A stretch of DNA of 64,000 nucleotides. Origin: Felis catus (lineage: Eukaryota). Shown piece by piece: positions 63,691 through 64,000 of the stretch; the first letter of the stretch is position 1; the number at the start of each line of letters is the position of its first letter. Location of the stretch: contig NC_058368.1 of the NCBI RefSeq assembly GCF_018350175.1, positions 109,122,001 through 109,186,000 on the forward strand, written 5' to 3'. A program made the translations under genes and the position numbers. The notes below the pieces were generated by a model, which was not told the DNA's origin, did no database searches, and worked only from the letters and a program-made list of their open reading frames with translations.

Positions 63691-64000
63691 ATATGACTAA
63701 AAATACATGAAAGGATGACTTACTGTTTATAAAAGGCCTTTGAGACAAGGTAGAAAGATCACTGAGTTTCCTGCTGGCATAGGAGCATTAATAGACTCGG
63801 TGTGAAAGAAATGCCCCAAGTGGAGAATGCGCCTCTGTGGAAATCATGATGCCTGTGTTTGACCTGGGCCAGCGTGCAGCCAGCTCACACCTCAGTGGCT
63901 TCCGAAGAACTTGCAAAACATGCAAGACAAGTGGCTTGGGGTGAATGAGCACACCCCACTTCATTTCCACCCAGGCCTCTTTTACCCCAAGGCCTGCCCT

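Noticed and set aside
36500..64000. Further lncRNA exons or IRF1 exons
   Set aside because: No IRF1 peptide recognised in the ORF track or the sequence, and no acceptor-donor pair stood out enough to call without transcript data.

Overview
Eukaryotic (mammalian) genomic DNA, most likely from a felid such as the cat, judged by about 25 Can-SINEs that include young SINEC_Fc-type copies. Positions 1-11.5 kb hold the 3' part of SLC22A5 (OCTN2 carnitine transporter) on the + strand: the end of exon 3 through exon 10. All junctions are GT-AG, the joined frame is open for 357 codons (equivalent to human V201-557) and ends ...KSTAL*, followed by a ~1.3 kb 3'UTR and AATAAA. A repeat-rich spacer (Tigger1, L1, MaLR, SINEs) follows. 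At ~22.7-23.7 kb there is a CpG island with two oppositely oriented IRF elements and a strong splice donor. By synteny with the human SLC22A5-IRF1 interval, this is probably the promoter and first exon of the CARINH/IRF1-AS1 (C5orf56) lncRNA orthologue. The remaining ~40 kb is non-coding, repeat-rich, probably intronic sequence with one candidate exon at 36343 and a few enhancer- or CTCF-like motifs; I did not recognise IRF1 coding sequence in the window. I found no convincing wholly new biological system. The best leads are a possible spliced 72-aa micropeptide from the lncRNA, a competing +4 splice donor in SLC22A5 exon 6 that would cause NMD, and an F>L change in the OCTN2 PDZ-binding tail. 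Repeat boundaries and subfamily names were read by eye and are approximate.
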